A DNA stretch of 64,000 nt from Octopus sinensis (GCF_006345805.1 NC_042997.1:113088001-113152000); one strand, 5' to 3'; shown: positions 37,390 through 50,546, numbered from the stretch's first letter. Numbers and translations are program-made. The notes: a model not told the origin generated them from the sequence alone.

Positions 37390-37836
37390 AAAACCATCCT
37401 AACAAATGCCAAAGTAATGCCAACCACAACAACTAAACCCACAGTAAACAAATGCAATAGACCCAACTGTGGTATATGCATCACCTAATAGAAGGTCCAG
37501 AATTCCTTTTTAAACAAGGACAACGTTTCACAGTAAAACACAACTTCACATGCGCATCAGAAAACCTAGTATATGTCTTAACTTGCTCGGGCTGTAATGA
37601 ACACTACATAGGCCAAACTAAAAATAGCCTCCGTCCACAGATCCCAAATAAAAATACAGGAATACAGAAAAATAGCACTTAGTGCACATATTGATACCTG
37701 TGCCGCACAACTTCATCCCAATTTTAGAATCTTTCCCCTCTACAAATTTAAAGACAATGTCACTCATACCCAGCGAATAACCATGGAATCCCACCTTATT
37801 AATAAATACAGACCACTTCTAAACACATCCCCCTAA
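37390..37836 (+). mobile_element. Penelope-like element, GIY-YIG endonuclease remnant
   Basis: KCNRPNCGIC Cys linker, FTCASENLVYVLTCSGCNEHYIGQT, then (frameshifted) LSAHIDTCA..FRIFPLYK..RITMESHLINKYRPLLN*. Confidence 0.9.
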
Positions 37837-38858
37837 CACGAACCCACAACAAACACACTTACACCTGCACACACCTACACACACTTTTACCCAGATATTA
37901 ACACCATGACACACGCAAATATATGGTTCCACACATACACATAATTTGATACGGGTGCAAAACATCCAACACTATTTTTTGGAAATGACTGTAAATATTG
38001 ACTTCACACAAACACGTTGCTTCCCGATACAGGCACAAGGCCAGCAGAACTATAAATATTGAAAATTGTACCCACACACGCACACATATATACACGCGCG
38101 CGTGCCCCAACATACATATAAACACACACACACACACACACACTCTTGCGCGCGCACACACATACATACATATAGCTCTTCCTGTCCTAAACGAACTTAC
38201 TTATCCAGCTCAAATTCAGTCAAGCGGAAAATACACTCCTTAACTACGCACTAAAAAGCTATTTAAAATATCCACATGACGTCTACTGACCAGCCTGAAC
38301 AATAAGAATTTTCAACAACGACAACGCTATTTTCGAAAACTCCATACACCACCCACACCAACATTCATTCTAAACATTCACGTGACCTCTCTATTATGAC
38401 CACATCCACGTGACCTCTTTATTATGACCAATAAGAAATTTTAGGCGTGACACTAGCCAAATTTCAACATCTCTGGAGCTTATTTTCTTACCCCAACACC
38501 AACTTCCATTCAAACATTCACCTGACCCCTTTATAATGACCAATCAAAATTGTATTGACCATTGTCCACAAGAAATTTTAGGCGCGAAACCAAGCAAATC
38601 TTAAACAACTCTGGAGTTTCTTTTTTCATATATAAGAGACAGCAAACCCAACATAAAGTCAGATAAGAGAAAAAAAATCTATCAGAAAGGAACTCTATCT
38701 CTCTTAAAAAAATATCTTTTGAAAAGCATAACAAATGCGCAACCGGTAAAAAGAACTTTCACCTAATTAAATACACTTTCCCTTACTTAAATTATTTTGT
38801 CAGCATTTTCTTCATTTCCTTTTTTTTATATATCACAACTCGTGTTCCACATCTCCTT

Positions 38859-38919
<61 letters not shown>

Positions 38920-38991
38920 TACATACACACACATACACACATACACACATACATACATACACACACACATACATACACACACATACATACA

Positions 38992-39023
<32 letters not shown>

Positions 39024-39187
39024 CATACATACATACATACATACATAGACTTCTCAAAACCAGAAAGGAGAAAACTAATTCGAAGACTACACATCCAATC
39101 CAATACCTGTGGAAATCCATTGCTGTACACAAAATTCATACAAAAAAAAAAATACAAGAAAATAGAATGATCCGGTTTTTATCCAAG

Positions 39188-39319
39188 TCACTACAACTGT
39201 TTCTATGTATTAGCACCAGCTGTCAGCTGCTGAGGATTTCACATATTTTACATGTTATTATATAAATATTATGTAAATATGACCCAGCAAAAGCTGTGTA
39301 CTCACACATCTTCAGGTGA
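39188..39319 (-). ncRNA. Type I hammerhead ribozyme motif (Penelope-type)
   Basis: Minus strand: stem I UCAC/GUGA, CUGAAGA, stem II UGUGUG/UACAUA, GAAA, C-AGUU-G, GUA. It lies about 1.35 kb downstream of the Penelope GIY-YIG, in the opposite orientation. Confidence 0.65.
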
Positions 39320-40174
39320 ATGGTTTTGAGAGCCATATGTATTATACATACTTACATACATTTATACTCATGTATAGGTGTATGTAAATTTCATATACAG
39401 GTATACACACACATATACGTATGTATATGTGAATGTGTATTTGTGTGTGTGTGTGTGTGGGTGCATACAACTGTGTGAGTGTGTGAGTATGAAACAGCCC
39501 AAGTGGGTGAACAAAAGCTGGCTGTCTCATCAGATTGTAAACAACTGGAAAACGTCAATGTTTATTCAGAAAACAGAAACAGACAACTGGCTCCCCTCTC
39601 TCTTTCTCTCTACCTCTCTCTCTTTCTCTTTCTATTTCACACTGACACATGCTCACGAAACTACATTACACTCACACACACACAACACATACATGCACAG
39701 AGCACACATGCATACACATCATACATACACACACACACACAAAACAACACATACACACAAACACACACAAAACTACATTACACACATATACACTCCATAC
39801 ACAAAACACCATACATACACACAACATATACATACACATATACATACACAAAACAACTTTAAACACACACACACACACACACACACAACCGTGCACCTTC
39901 ACTGAAGGTGACGTCAGTTTATATAGGGTATTTACGTCATATATGCCGTTCTCCTACGTCAAAATCAACATCTGGTCAAGCTAACCTCTCATCAAAGACA
40001 TTCCAGCTGTGACCATCCTGCCCTTTTATTCAGTGTTTCCAAGAGTACAACATCACGTGTGTAACACCTGTTTTAAGACAGGTGCGACATGAGAGAGAGC
40101 TGGCTGATATTTTGGGCACTGTGATCAACCATGCAGCCCTCCTTGACTAGACTCCATGTTATGAAATGAAAAGG

Positions 40175-40365
40175 AGCAGCAGCAGCGGCGGCAGTAACAG
40201 CTGTAGAGGCAGCAGCAGCAGTTGTAGTAGCAGCAGTAACTATTGTAGTAGCAGTAGCAGCAGCAGCAACAGTTGTAGTAGCAGCAGTAACAGTTGTAGC
40301 AGCAGCAGCAGTTGTAGTAGCAGCAGCAGCAGCAGTTGCAGTTGTAGCAACAGCAGCAGTAGCAG
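40175..40365. repeat. (AGC/AGT)n trinucleotide repeat
   Basis: Directly visible. Confidence 0.95.
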
Positions 40366-40904
40366 CAAGCTGGATGAATTGGTAGCATTTTTTTCTGGTT
40401 TAACATTCTGAGTTCATCATCACCACCACCACCACCACCACCACCACTGCCATCATCATCATCATCATCATTAAAGGGAATGTGGGGGAGCTAACAGAAC
40501 CGGTAGCACACCAGTCAAGGATGGTAACAGCATTGTTGTCTGTAACCATGTCTGGCTGGTGTTCAAACTAGCCGTCAGTTGTCTTGATTTTATAACTCCT
40601 GCTCAGGGTATTTGGCTCACCATTGTAAGACCAGGAGTTTGATTCCTGGTCACACATTGTGTCCTTGAGCAAGACACTTTATTTCACACTGCTCCAGTCC
40701 ACTCAGTCAGAAAAAGTGGGTTTTTGAAATTGAAAGGGCCAGCCTTGTCACATTCTGTGTTGTGCTGAATCTCCCTGAGAACTACACTAAGGGTATACAT
40801 GTCTGTGGAGTACTCAGCCACCTGCATATTAATTTCACAAGCAGGCCTTTCCATTGATTGGATCAACTGGAATGATCCAATCTGATGAAATGCCAGATTT
40901 TAAA

Positions 40905-41215
40905 ATTTATTTTATAAGTCCTTCACATTTGCCAATACAGGTATACCACTGCCTGGTTATACTTGTGGATGTATTCAGTCTTTGCTCCTTCAAGGCCTTC
41001 AGAAACAATGTGATTGATGGTTTCTTCATACATTCCACTGATCCTGCATTGTAGGTTTTTTCCATCTATGATGATTTGACAGTGATAGGATCTGATTGTG
41101 AGACTATGATGTCTGTGATTTTGTGCTGCAATTATCAAGCCTTCCATTTCTGCTGTCAGTCTAGGAACAGAAACAAGTGTCTTTTTTTTGGATCACTTCT
41201 GAATCCTACATTTGT
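40905..41215 (-). mobile_element. R4/Dong-clade fragment
   Basis: EGLIIAAQ..CRI..EETINHIVS..YIHKYNQA..LYWQM, homologous to 32400-32640. Confidence 0.8.
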
Positions 41216-41224
41216 TTAGGGTAT

Positions 41225-42550
41225 AGAGTTTAGGGTCCTGCTACTGCTGCTGCTTCTTGCTCTTGCTCATTGAAGTTGGGGTCATTCCAACTTAGTGATC
41301 TCAGAGGCATCATCATGAACAGAACTGATCAGGAGCACCAGTGCTCTTCATTGCTGGCAGTCCCGTGCCAGCCCTTCTGCATCCTCCAAGGTAATGTTGA
41401 GCTTCTGGAGATCTTCCCCAGTCATATCCAACCATCTGGTGTGGGGCTTTCTACAAGGCCTCTTCTAGCCTGCAGCTGCAGTGTTGAACGTGAGTGAAGC
41501 CCTGGTAAGATGGTTTAGCAAAGGACAGAGAATATATCTGTACCAATACATGAGACAGATAGCTATGAGGTGGGAGGCTGAAGGTTGATGTGTGCATGCA
41601 TGTAGTTCTTTGATTGAAACATGATAGTACCATCTGATGTTCTTAATGGTTCTCAGGGCTCTGCTATCAAAGCTGTCAATCCTCTTTACCAGGGTTTTTG
41701 AGAGGAACCATGTTTCTGCTCCATGAAGGAGAATGGAGAAGGCTGATGTATTGTAGATGTGAAGCTTCATCTTCCAGAGCAGTGCCACCAAAGGGGATTC
41801 TATAGGGAGTACATAACCCTAGTGGTCAGACTGCATGTGTGGTTGATTTCTGGGGCCAGGTCTCCATTGTTGGTGACTGTGGAGCCCAGATAGTTGAAGG
41901 AGCTGAAAAACTCCATGTCATCAGGGTCAATATGAAGTGCACACGGCCTGGGCCATCTCAGACATGCATCAGCTTCATCTCCACCCAACTCACCCGGAGG
42001 CTAAGCTTTGCTGATTCTTCTCTGTAAATGGTCAGCATGTCCCTGAGCTGGTTGATTGAGTTGCTGAATAGAGTGGTATCATCTGTTGGTAAGGAGTTAG
42101 TTCCTGAAGGTAATACCAGGGGCTTGCAAACAGACCTTGGTCATCAGATAATCGATGACACAGCAGAAGAGGTCAGGGGTGGCCATGCAACCCAGTTTGA
42201 CCTCACTGTTGATAGGAAACCAGTCAGAGCCCTTCCCATTCACCTGCATGCAGCTCTCAGCACTGCTATAGAGCCACTGGAAGAAAGCAATAATCTTGGG
42301 AGGCATGCTGATGAGCTTGAAAATTTTCCAGAGGTATGCATGGTCATCCATGTCAAAAACCACCTTGAGGTTGACAAAGGCAGTGTAGAGGTGGCCATCT
42401 TTGCAGAACTCCCAAGATCTTTCAATGATGACATTAAGAGCAAAAACATGGTTGATGGTAGATCAATTCAGCATAAATCTGGCTTGTTGTGGATGGCATC
42501 TGCTTCTGATGGTATCCACAAATTGTCTGTTGTCTACGAATAGTAACATG
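41225..42550 (-). mobile_element. RTE-clade LINE reverse-transcriptase remnant
   Basis: FDMDDHAYLWKIFKL..PKII..SDWFPINSEVKLGCMATPDLF; FNYLGSTV; SILLHGAETW; many stops and frameshifts. Confidence 0.85.
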
Positions 42551-43247
42551 TCTTTGTAACTGGCAGAAACGTTAGCACAGCGGGCGAAATGTTTAGCAGT
42601 ATTTTGTCTGTCAATATGTCCTGAGTTTAAATTCCGCCGAGGTCAACTTTGCCTTTCATCCTTTCGGGGTCCATAAATTAAGTACCAGTTACACACTGGG
42701 GTCGATGTAATCAACTTAATCCCTTTGTTTGTCTCCTTTATGTTTAGTCCCTTGTGGGTAGTAAAGAAATAAGTAACTTGTCTTTGTAGTGTAACCCGCA
42801 TGATGTCCCTGTGGCAAATAAAAGAAACTCTTCTTCTTCTTCTTCTCCCTTTTGCTGTTCCATCTACTACCTTCAGTCTTATTTCCTCTTTCTTTTATTA
42901 CTACTACTACTGCTTCTGCTGCTACCACTACTACCACCACCATCACCACCACTACTGGTGCTGCAGCTGCTGCTGCTACTACTACTAAACAAAAGTTGTT
43001 TGTTTTTTTTTCCTCCTGCAAACAAATAACAAACCACCATAAATTCTAACTCCATTGGTGTGTGCCTGTGTGACTTTGTGTAATTGTGTGAGACTGTTTG
43101 TGCAACTGACAGAGATTTCCAATATAAAGCCAACTGATTCCATGGCCAAGACTGAAAACTTAACGATGTCTAACTTTGTTCAGATTTATGACTGATTAGT
43201 TGAACGGATGAGCGAATATACTCTGTTAAAATCTCATATATAACTAC

Positions 43248-43287
43248 CTGCATAATAATCTTTCCACCAATAAGCTTGTACATTTCT
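43248..43287 (-). CDS. Candidate 40-bp internal exon
   Basis: Acceptor gtgtctttatttacag and donor CAG|gtagtt; all three frames are open (phase 0 reads RNVQAYWWKDYYA). No homology evidence. Confidence 0.3.
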
Positions 43288-46017
43288 CTGTAAATAAAGA
43301 CACTAATCACATATCAAGTTTTCAGTGTAAATTTTATTGAAATTAAGCCATCATTTCGGTGTGGGTATATCAGCACAATTGTCTAAACGGTTCACAGTTA
43401 TTTTCCCCCTTCAACTACATCAGGGGTGGGGAAACTTTTTAGTGCATCATCATCATCATCATTGTTTAACGTTCGCTTTCCATGCTAGCATGGGTTGGAC
43501 GATTTTGACTGAGGGCTGGCGAAACCCAGATGGCTGCACCAAGCTCCAATCTTGATCTGGCAAAGTTTCTACAGCTGGATGCCCTTCCTAAAGCCAACCA
43601 CTCCGAGAGTGTAGTGGGTGCTTTTTACGTGCCACTGGCATGGAGGCCAGTCAGGCAGTACTGGCAATGATCTCGCTCAAATCTTTTTACACATGCCACC
43701 GGCACAGGTGCCAGTAAGGCGACGCCAGTAACGATCACACTCGAATGGTGCCCTTTTATATGCCATTGGCATGGAAGCCGGTTAACCGCTCAGGGGGCAA
43801 AAATTTTCAAAGAAAAAGGTCCTTGGGCGGATCACAAGTTCTAACTCTTATATCTGTGTGGTAAGTAGCTTGCTTCCCAAACACATAGTTCTGGGTTCAG
43901 TCCCACTGCATGGCACCTTGGGCAAGTGTCTTCTACTGTAGCCTTGGGCTAACCAAAGCCTTGTGAGTAAATTTGTTTATTTGCTTAGTTCATTCGTTCA
44001 TTTTGATTACTTATACATATGATTGTAACCAATTAATAAATAGATATAAATGAATGTCTACAAGCTGATGTCTGTCGATTGATTATCCTCTCCATTTTCT
44101 TTTTTGCCTTTTAAATTCAGGGTAAATTCTGATTTTACCCCCACCCATACCTAGTATTCAATTTCGATATTGCCCTGCAAGAGTAAGCACTTGGATATGG
44201 ATACGTAGGTATACATCCAATAGTATATTGGATATTTATTATCCCTTAGATGGTTGCATAACCTCTAACTCATACAGTCATGTGTGTGTGTGTGTTTGTC
44301 CCCCCACGATTGCTTGACAACCGATGCTGGCGTGTTTATGTCCCCATAACTTAATAATATATATCCTAGTAATATATAAAATATGTAATATGTAAAATAG
44401 TAAGGCGGCGAGCTGGCAGAAACATTAGCATGCTGGGCAAAATGCTTAGCGGTATTTCGTTTGCCGTTATGTTCTGAGTTCAAATTCTGTCAAGGTCGAC
44501 TTTGCCTTTCATCCTTTCGGGGTCGATAGATTAAGTGCCAGTTACACACTGGGGTCGATATAATCGACTCAATCCGTTTGTCTGTCCTCGTTTGTCCTCT
44601 CTGTGTTTAGCCCCTTGTGGGTAGTAAAGAAATAGTAATATGTGTTTTATAGTGAAAGCAACATTTCCATTCAAATGGCAATTACCGGGTAATTTTCTGT
44701 TCGAGTTTTTTAAGTCGTAGTAGAAATGCGACCTGTCGAAAATAGGCATAGGAATATTGTATAAATTTAATAATTGGAAAATTTATATACTTTGTAGGTA
44801 CAAGTATACAAGCCTGCAAGTGCAATAAAATGGGCTCACGGGGCTTACCCACCCCTGAACTACATAGCTAAATTCCCGCAGCTGTTTGATAATTTAAACT
44901 ATCTGGTTCTTGAATTATAATGCATACTGGCTGAGTGCTCCTCAGCTATCATACTTTGAGCCTATTTCTACTAATGTCCACTACAGCTAGCGATCACATC
45001 TTGAGCCTGTTTCTACAGGTGCAGGTGGGGCTGAGTGGTAAGAAACTTGTCTCCCAACCACTTGGTTCCAGGTTCAATCCCACTGTGTGGTACCTTGGAC
45101 AAGTATCTACTATAGCCTCAGGCCAACCCAAGCCTTGTGAGTGGATTTGGTAAGATGGAAACTGAAAGAAGCCCGTCGTAACTAATGTCCACTACAGCCA
45201 GCTTTCACACCATGAGCCAATTGCTACCAATCTCCACTATAAACAACTAACACAGTTTAGGCTATTTCTTCCGGTGTACAGCTGTCACATCTTGAGGGCA
45301 TTCTTTCTTTAGTTCATCTGTCCCACCTTGAGATTAATTTTATTAATGTCTCCTAAAGTCAGTTATGACTCCTTGACACTGTTTCTAACCATGTCCTCAA
45401 CAGGCAGGCATCTTGCTTTTCTTTTGACGTTTGTATCAGCCATTATGCTATAATTATAAACAACTTGTAAATTGACGGTAGAGATGTTCATTTAGAAAAT
45501 GTCAGACACGAAAAGTACTAAGAAAGAATGCAGGAAGATAAACAGTTGGAAATATGTTGTATTAAGTGTGAAACTATACTTAGCAAGACTGAAACACGTT
45601 TAGAGAGAATCTGGTTTCCATGTGAGTCAATGCTGTAGCAATGGTAAAGCCGCGAAAGTTCGCTGAGTATGATGATGGTGGCGGTGTTGATTCTGGTGGG
45701 GGAGGACCACGCAAAGGAAGAAGAATTTTTTAACATAGAGAGCCAGAAATGGAGCAGACAGCAGACAAGACAAACGCGTCTGTTTCCATGAAGTTTTGAG
45801 CGATTTCGTTTTGATTTGTATGAAAACAATTCTGATAAGGGAAACACGAGCAGTAAAATATATAAGTGATGACATTGCTTTAGATTGAGTGGGTTTTCAG
45901 ACAATAGAACGAAGATAGATGTTGGCGGTTAAAATAACATCCGAACTGACTGTTTTTTTGTTTGTTGTTTTGTTTTAATATTGGTTACAGAACGTGTCAG
46001 AAAAAGAAATTAAAAAC

Positions 46018-46104
46018 CTGCTGAGAACAGCGATAAATGTAGACAAATAGGAAAGCGAGTAACAAGACGTTGTTTAACCTTGTAATACGAAATATTTCCG
46101 CCAT
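46018..46104 (-). CDS. Candidate first coding exon with signal peptide or type II anchor
   Basis: caacATGGCGG start context; MAEIFRITRLNNVLLLAFLFVYIYRCSQQ has a basic N-region and a 12-residue hydrophobic core; possible but weak donor CAG|gttttt. Confidence 0.35.
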
Positions 46105-47410
46105 GTTGATGTGGCTTCTGTCTGTTAAGGGCGTAGTCTTACTGTAAAGTCATCCTCGTACCGACTATTCATTGTCAATATTTACTTAAATATAGAATTC
46201 TTAAAGAAAAGCTGTTTAGTTTTTTGATAAGAAAAGAAATAAAAGTTCTTTTATCATCGTAAGTTTATTTTTATTGAAGGAGGGATTGAAATCATACGTT
46301 TAAATTTTACTAATGATGTAAAAATATACGGATGAATTTTTTTTCTTTCTTCTTATTTGTAATCTGTAGAGAAGTGGGTTTAGCTGAAATAATTAGAAAG
46401 AAGCTTTGATATAAAAATAGGTATTTCTAGATCAACTATGAACCGTAGAACGATAATACAGAAGAAGAGAAAAAAAGAAATTGAAGCCGTAAATAAATTG
46501 GTACTTAAATGGATTAAAATTGATGGTTCCTTTCCCAGTAATTCAACTAACGAAAACATCTAAAGAAACTATATCTGGCTAATTAGAAAGAATGATTTCG
46601 TACTATTTTGTGGTGCCTTTGGAGGGTCATAATGCCAATACAACTACACACACTGCTTGTATTTCACTTTTTGAATTATTAGTCAGCAAGTCTAACCATT
46701 TAACTAATCGATTTTTTTTATTAATCGTTAGGTAAATCAATCAGCTAACTTCGCCAGAGTTTTTTCATCTCCATTCGTGACCTCATCAAAACATACCTAT
46801 TTCTTTATTGCCCACAAGGGGCTAAATGTAGAGGAGACAAACAAGGACAGACAAAGGGATTAAGTCTATTACATTGACCCCAGTGTGTAACTGGTACTTA
46901 ATTTATCGACCCCGAAAGGATGAAAGGCAAAGTCGACCTCGGCGGAATTTGAACTCAGACCGTAACGGCAGCATACCCTCTCTACTCCAGGTCCGTCTGT
47001 CTTCTAGATTACCGATTCTATATTCATGTGAGAATGAGTAAGGATGTGTGAAAGTGAGAGTGTGTGTGTGTGTGTGTGTGTGAGTGCGCACGTGAGTGTG
47101 TGCGCGCGCAACCCCCGCATGTTCTCACGCTCGTGTATGTGTCCAAAGTGGATTCTGTGAAAGGTAAGAGTAGTTTAACATTTATTTATTTATTTATTTA
47201 TTCTATAGTTAGTATGTCTTTGTGAATGGACAATGAGTCTCTCTCTCTCTATATATATATATAGTCCAGTCAAGAGAATGCGTACTTTATCTGCCCACAA
47301 GTTTTTACTGTACGGTTGCAGTACTGAAAGAGTGTGTTTGGAGAACCAGAATGGAAGGTTCGGTGAAAGGGTCCTTCATCTCTGGCCCCGGTTTTCTTTT
47401 CTTACTTCAG

Positions 47411-47498
47411 ATACTACCTGAAGAGCAAGATGGGGTTGGAGAGGAAGACCCTGCCACCGAGAGAATACGAGAAACGATGGAAGGATGTGATGAGAAAG
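47411..47498 (+). other. Candidate exon (coding status unknown)
   Basis: Acceptor ttttcttttcttacttcag and donor AAG|gtgggt; an upstream donor AAG|gtaaga at 47163; two frames are open (YYLKSKMGLERKTLPPREYEKRWKDVMRK, or ILPEEQDG..). Confidence 0.4.
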
Positions 47499-47636
47499 GT
47501 GGGTGTTAGTAACCCAGCTTAATCATTGACGAAAGGAAAAGATTGTTGCTGGGCCTTATAGGCTGCCGGGTTCGATCTTTTTAACTTTTATTCGTTTTCT
47601 TTCTTTGTTTTCGTTTTATTTATAAAAAAAAAAAAG

Positions 47637-50360
47637 GGTACTAGTCGCGTAGACTGGACCCGGTGCGCGCACACGCGCATCAGCGCTAGCCAGTCGTAGG
47701 TAGTCGATCCTACAGCGACTTGCGTATGCAAGTGAGCTGATTGACGCAACACTGCAAAAACTAAGTTAATAGCGAGTCCCAACTGAAGCTTAGGAAATAT
47801 TTTGGCAATCTTCCGTCATTTTGGCAATCTTTTGTCTCTAGTAGATCTTTCCGTCGATTTCCGTAAAAAAAATTTTTTTTTTACATATGGGCTTGCGGGA
47901 ACTTTTGAAGTAATGAGAGCGAAAGAGACTAAGAGAAAGCGATTGTATGACGAGGGAAGTTCTTTTGAAGTTACCGTGCATGGGAGCATTGATGTACATG
48001 TGTGTGTGTGTTTGATGGGGTGTGGGAGACAGAAAGTATGTTGTGTAAGTGAAGTGCTTCTGTTAGTGTGTGTGAAGAGAGAGTAATGTGTGAAAGAGAG
48101 AGATAACTGAAATTTTTTACTCGGTGTATGTGTATATGTATGTGTGTGTGTGTATGTATCTATGCATGTGTGTGTGTATGTATGTGTGTATGTATGTGTG
48201 TGTGTGTGTATGTATGTACGCATTGTGACCAGCGATATGTAGCAACATCCGACAGTCTAGTCGGTACAGTGATTTGTGTTGTTTTGAGACGAAGGGACAG
48301 TTCCGAAATGCCAAATTCCTCTTCTCCCCACGGCACACGAACTCATCCAAACTTAAGAATCAACATGGCTTTGCTAAGTCAATTGATGTGTTTTCCGTTA
48401 GACTTAAAACTTTTGCTACATATCGCTGGTCACAATGCGCTTCCTCGCATTGTTGTAGCTTCTGAGTGATGCCACCCTGAGGCTAGACGGGTAGGGTTGC
48501 CCATTTAAAACTGTGTCGATCGTAGTAACGTGAAACGAAGCCTTTTGCTCAAAGCCTTTTCCTTTGCATGCAACTCTTTTCTCATGAGAAGAATATCTCC
48601 TCCTCATTTTATAACTCTCCCGTCTTTTTCTTACCATTTCACCATCGTCACATCAACAGAGACATTAAGGCTGCACAGTAGCAGTCGACAAGGCCTGTAT
48701 AACGATTGAATAAAAAAATTTTGTCTATATCTTCGATCACTGTCATTATTCCATTGAGTCAACCTCATTATTTTCTACATAGCAGACCGTTACATAAACA
48801 GGCAAAGGTAATCTTTCGTTTTAACTCGAAATAATGTAAACACTGAATCGGCCATACATACATACATACACACACATACACACATACATACACACACACA
48901 TACATAGATACATACACGCACACACATACATACATACATATACACATACATGCATACACACGCACGCACTACAAAAACCGAGTAAAAAATTTCAGTTATC
49001 TCTCTCTTTCACGCATTACTCTGTCTCTTCACACACACTAACAGAAGCACTTCACTTACACAACATACTTTCTGTCTCCCACACCCTATCAAACACACAC
49101 ACACACACACATGTACATCAATGCTCCTATGCACGGTAACTTCAAAAGAACTTCCCTCGTCATACAATCGCTTTCTCTTAGTCTCTTTCGCTCTCATTAC
49201 TTCAAAAGTTCCCGCAAGCCCATATGTAAAAAAAAAAAAAATTTTTACAGAAATCGACGGAAAGGTCTACTAGAGACGAAAGATCGCCAATATTTTTCAA
49301 CGATATACAGTGTATATTATTTTAAAGATAATTGCGGTTTTTTTTCGTTACAAAACAATTAGAAGCATTGAAAAACATTTTTTTTTTCAAAGGAGACCAC
49401 TACAGGCGACAATTCACTTGTGTTTACTTTGAATAGCTACGGTAAACTGCAGCATGAAAATAAAAAAAAAAGTTTTTAAAAATTGGCTTAACCCCTCCCC
49501 AACAAGGTAATTTTACTGTAGGCTTCAACAGGAAAATCCGTTACTGGTGACAAGCCAACAACGTGGGGTCAGAATTTAGTTGCCTCGTATGAAATGGTTC
49601 ACTGCGTTAACTTATGAGGCTCCTGTCAACGACCAAGTCTCTTCAATGTAAACTTATAGTAACCAAATTTCCCCCATGTAGAAATAAAACATTTCTATGA
49701 AGTAAAGGGTTACATTACGTCTGGTTAAAAATAAACTCCTTTGATCAGGTCTGCACGACCAGGGCAGTCTTGGGACTGGGAACTGTTCAGCTGAAGTTAA
49801 AGACGAGATTTCAGTTGGGTCTTTGGAGAAACTGAAAACAAGGAGCAAACAGACCTTGTACAACTTCGGTCAAGAGATATCTTCCACCGAGCTGTTAGAA
49901 ATAGCAGCCGAATTTTTTTTTTTAAAGTCAAACTGAACAATGCAGTATTGGATTTACAACAAAGCGGGTTGGCCACGACCAAAATGTCTAATAATTTAGG
50001 GTTGGTCAGGGGTTAAATTCCAGTTGAAAGAGAGCGAGCATAGCTGAATGGTTAACGGTGAATTGTCGCCTGTAGTGGTCTACTTGAAAAAAAAAAATGT
50101 TTGACTGTCCTTAAGGTTGTTTTGCTTTTTTTTTCAATGCTTCTAATTGTTTTGTAATGAAAAAAAAAAAACGCAATTGTCTTTAAAATAATATACACCG
50201 TATATCGTTGAAAAATATTTCCTAAGCTTCAGTAGGGGCTCGCTATTAACTTAGTTTTTGCAATGTTGCGCCAATCAGCTCATTTGCATACGCAAGTCGC
50301 TGTAGGATCGACTGGCTAGCGCGTGTGCGCGCACCGGGTCCAGTCTACGTGACTAGTACC
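47637..50360. mobile_element. Long-TIR DNA transposon, Merlin-like (outer element)
   Basis: TIR begins GGTACTAGTC(G/A)CGTAGACTGGACCCGG. The ~300-bp right TIR (50060-50360) matches 47637-47803 joined to 49289-49460. Flanked by an AAAAAAG direct repeat. Confidence 0.85.
47804..49288. mobile_element. Long-TIR DNA transposon, Merlin-like (inner element)
   Basis: TIR GGC(A/G)ATCTT..; arms of about 400 bp (47823-48220 vs 48850-49288); perfect 8-bp TSD AATATTTT at 47796-47803 and 49289-49296; a minus-strand HVDS/LDEFVCR remnant near 48335-48370. Confidence 0.85.
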
Positions 50361-50546
50361 AAAAAAGTTCTAGTTAAAGGAAAAATTAATCGTTATATAA
50401 AATATTTTAATGAAAATTTTTAACAAGTAACTCATAACATTTTTTGTTTTTGTGTCTTGTAATGTTCCTTTCTATGTACGATCATTTTGATCATAATAAA
50501 GATTCCACTTTGTCTGCCCACACATTATTACTTCATATATATATAT

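Noticed and set aside
44121-44182. 62-bp plus-strand segment with strong acceptor and donor
   Set aside because: All three frames contain stops; at most a non-coding exon, with no other support.
44970-45198. 18-bp direct repeat flanking a SINE fragment
   Set aside because: It belongs to a degenerate ~45-bp local tandem repeat and is offset from the SINE boundary, so it is not a TSD.
45518-45904. 128-aa minus-strand ORF
   Set aside because: No recognisable domain; it probably lies in the first intron of the candidate gene.
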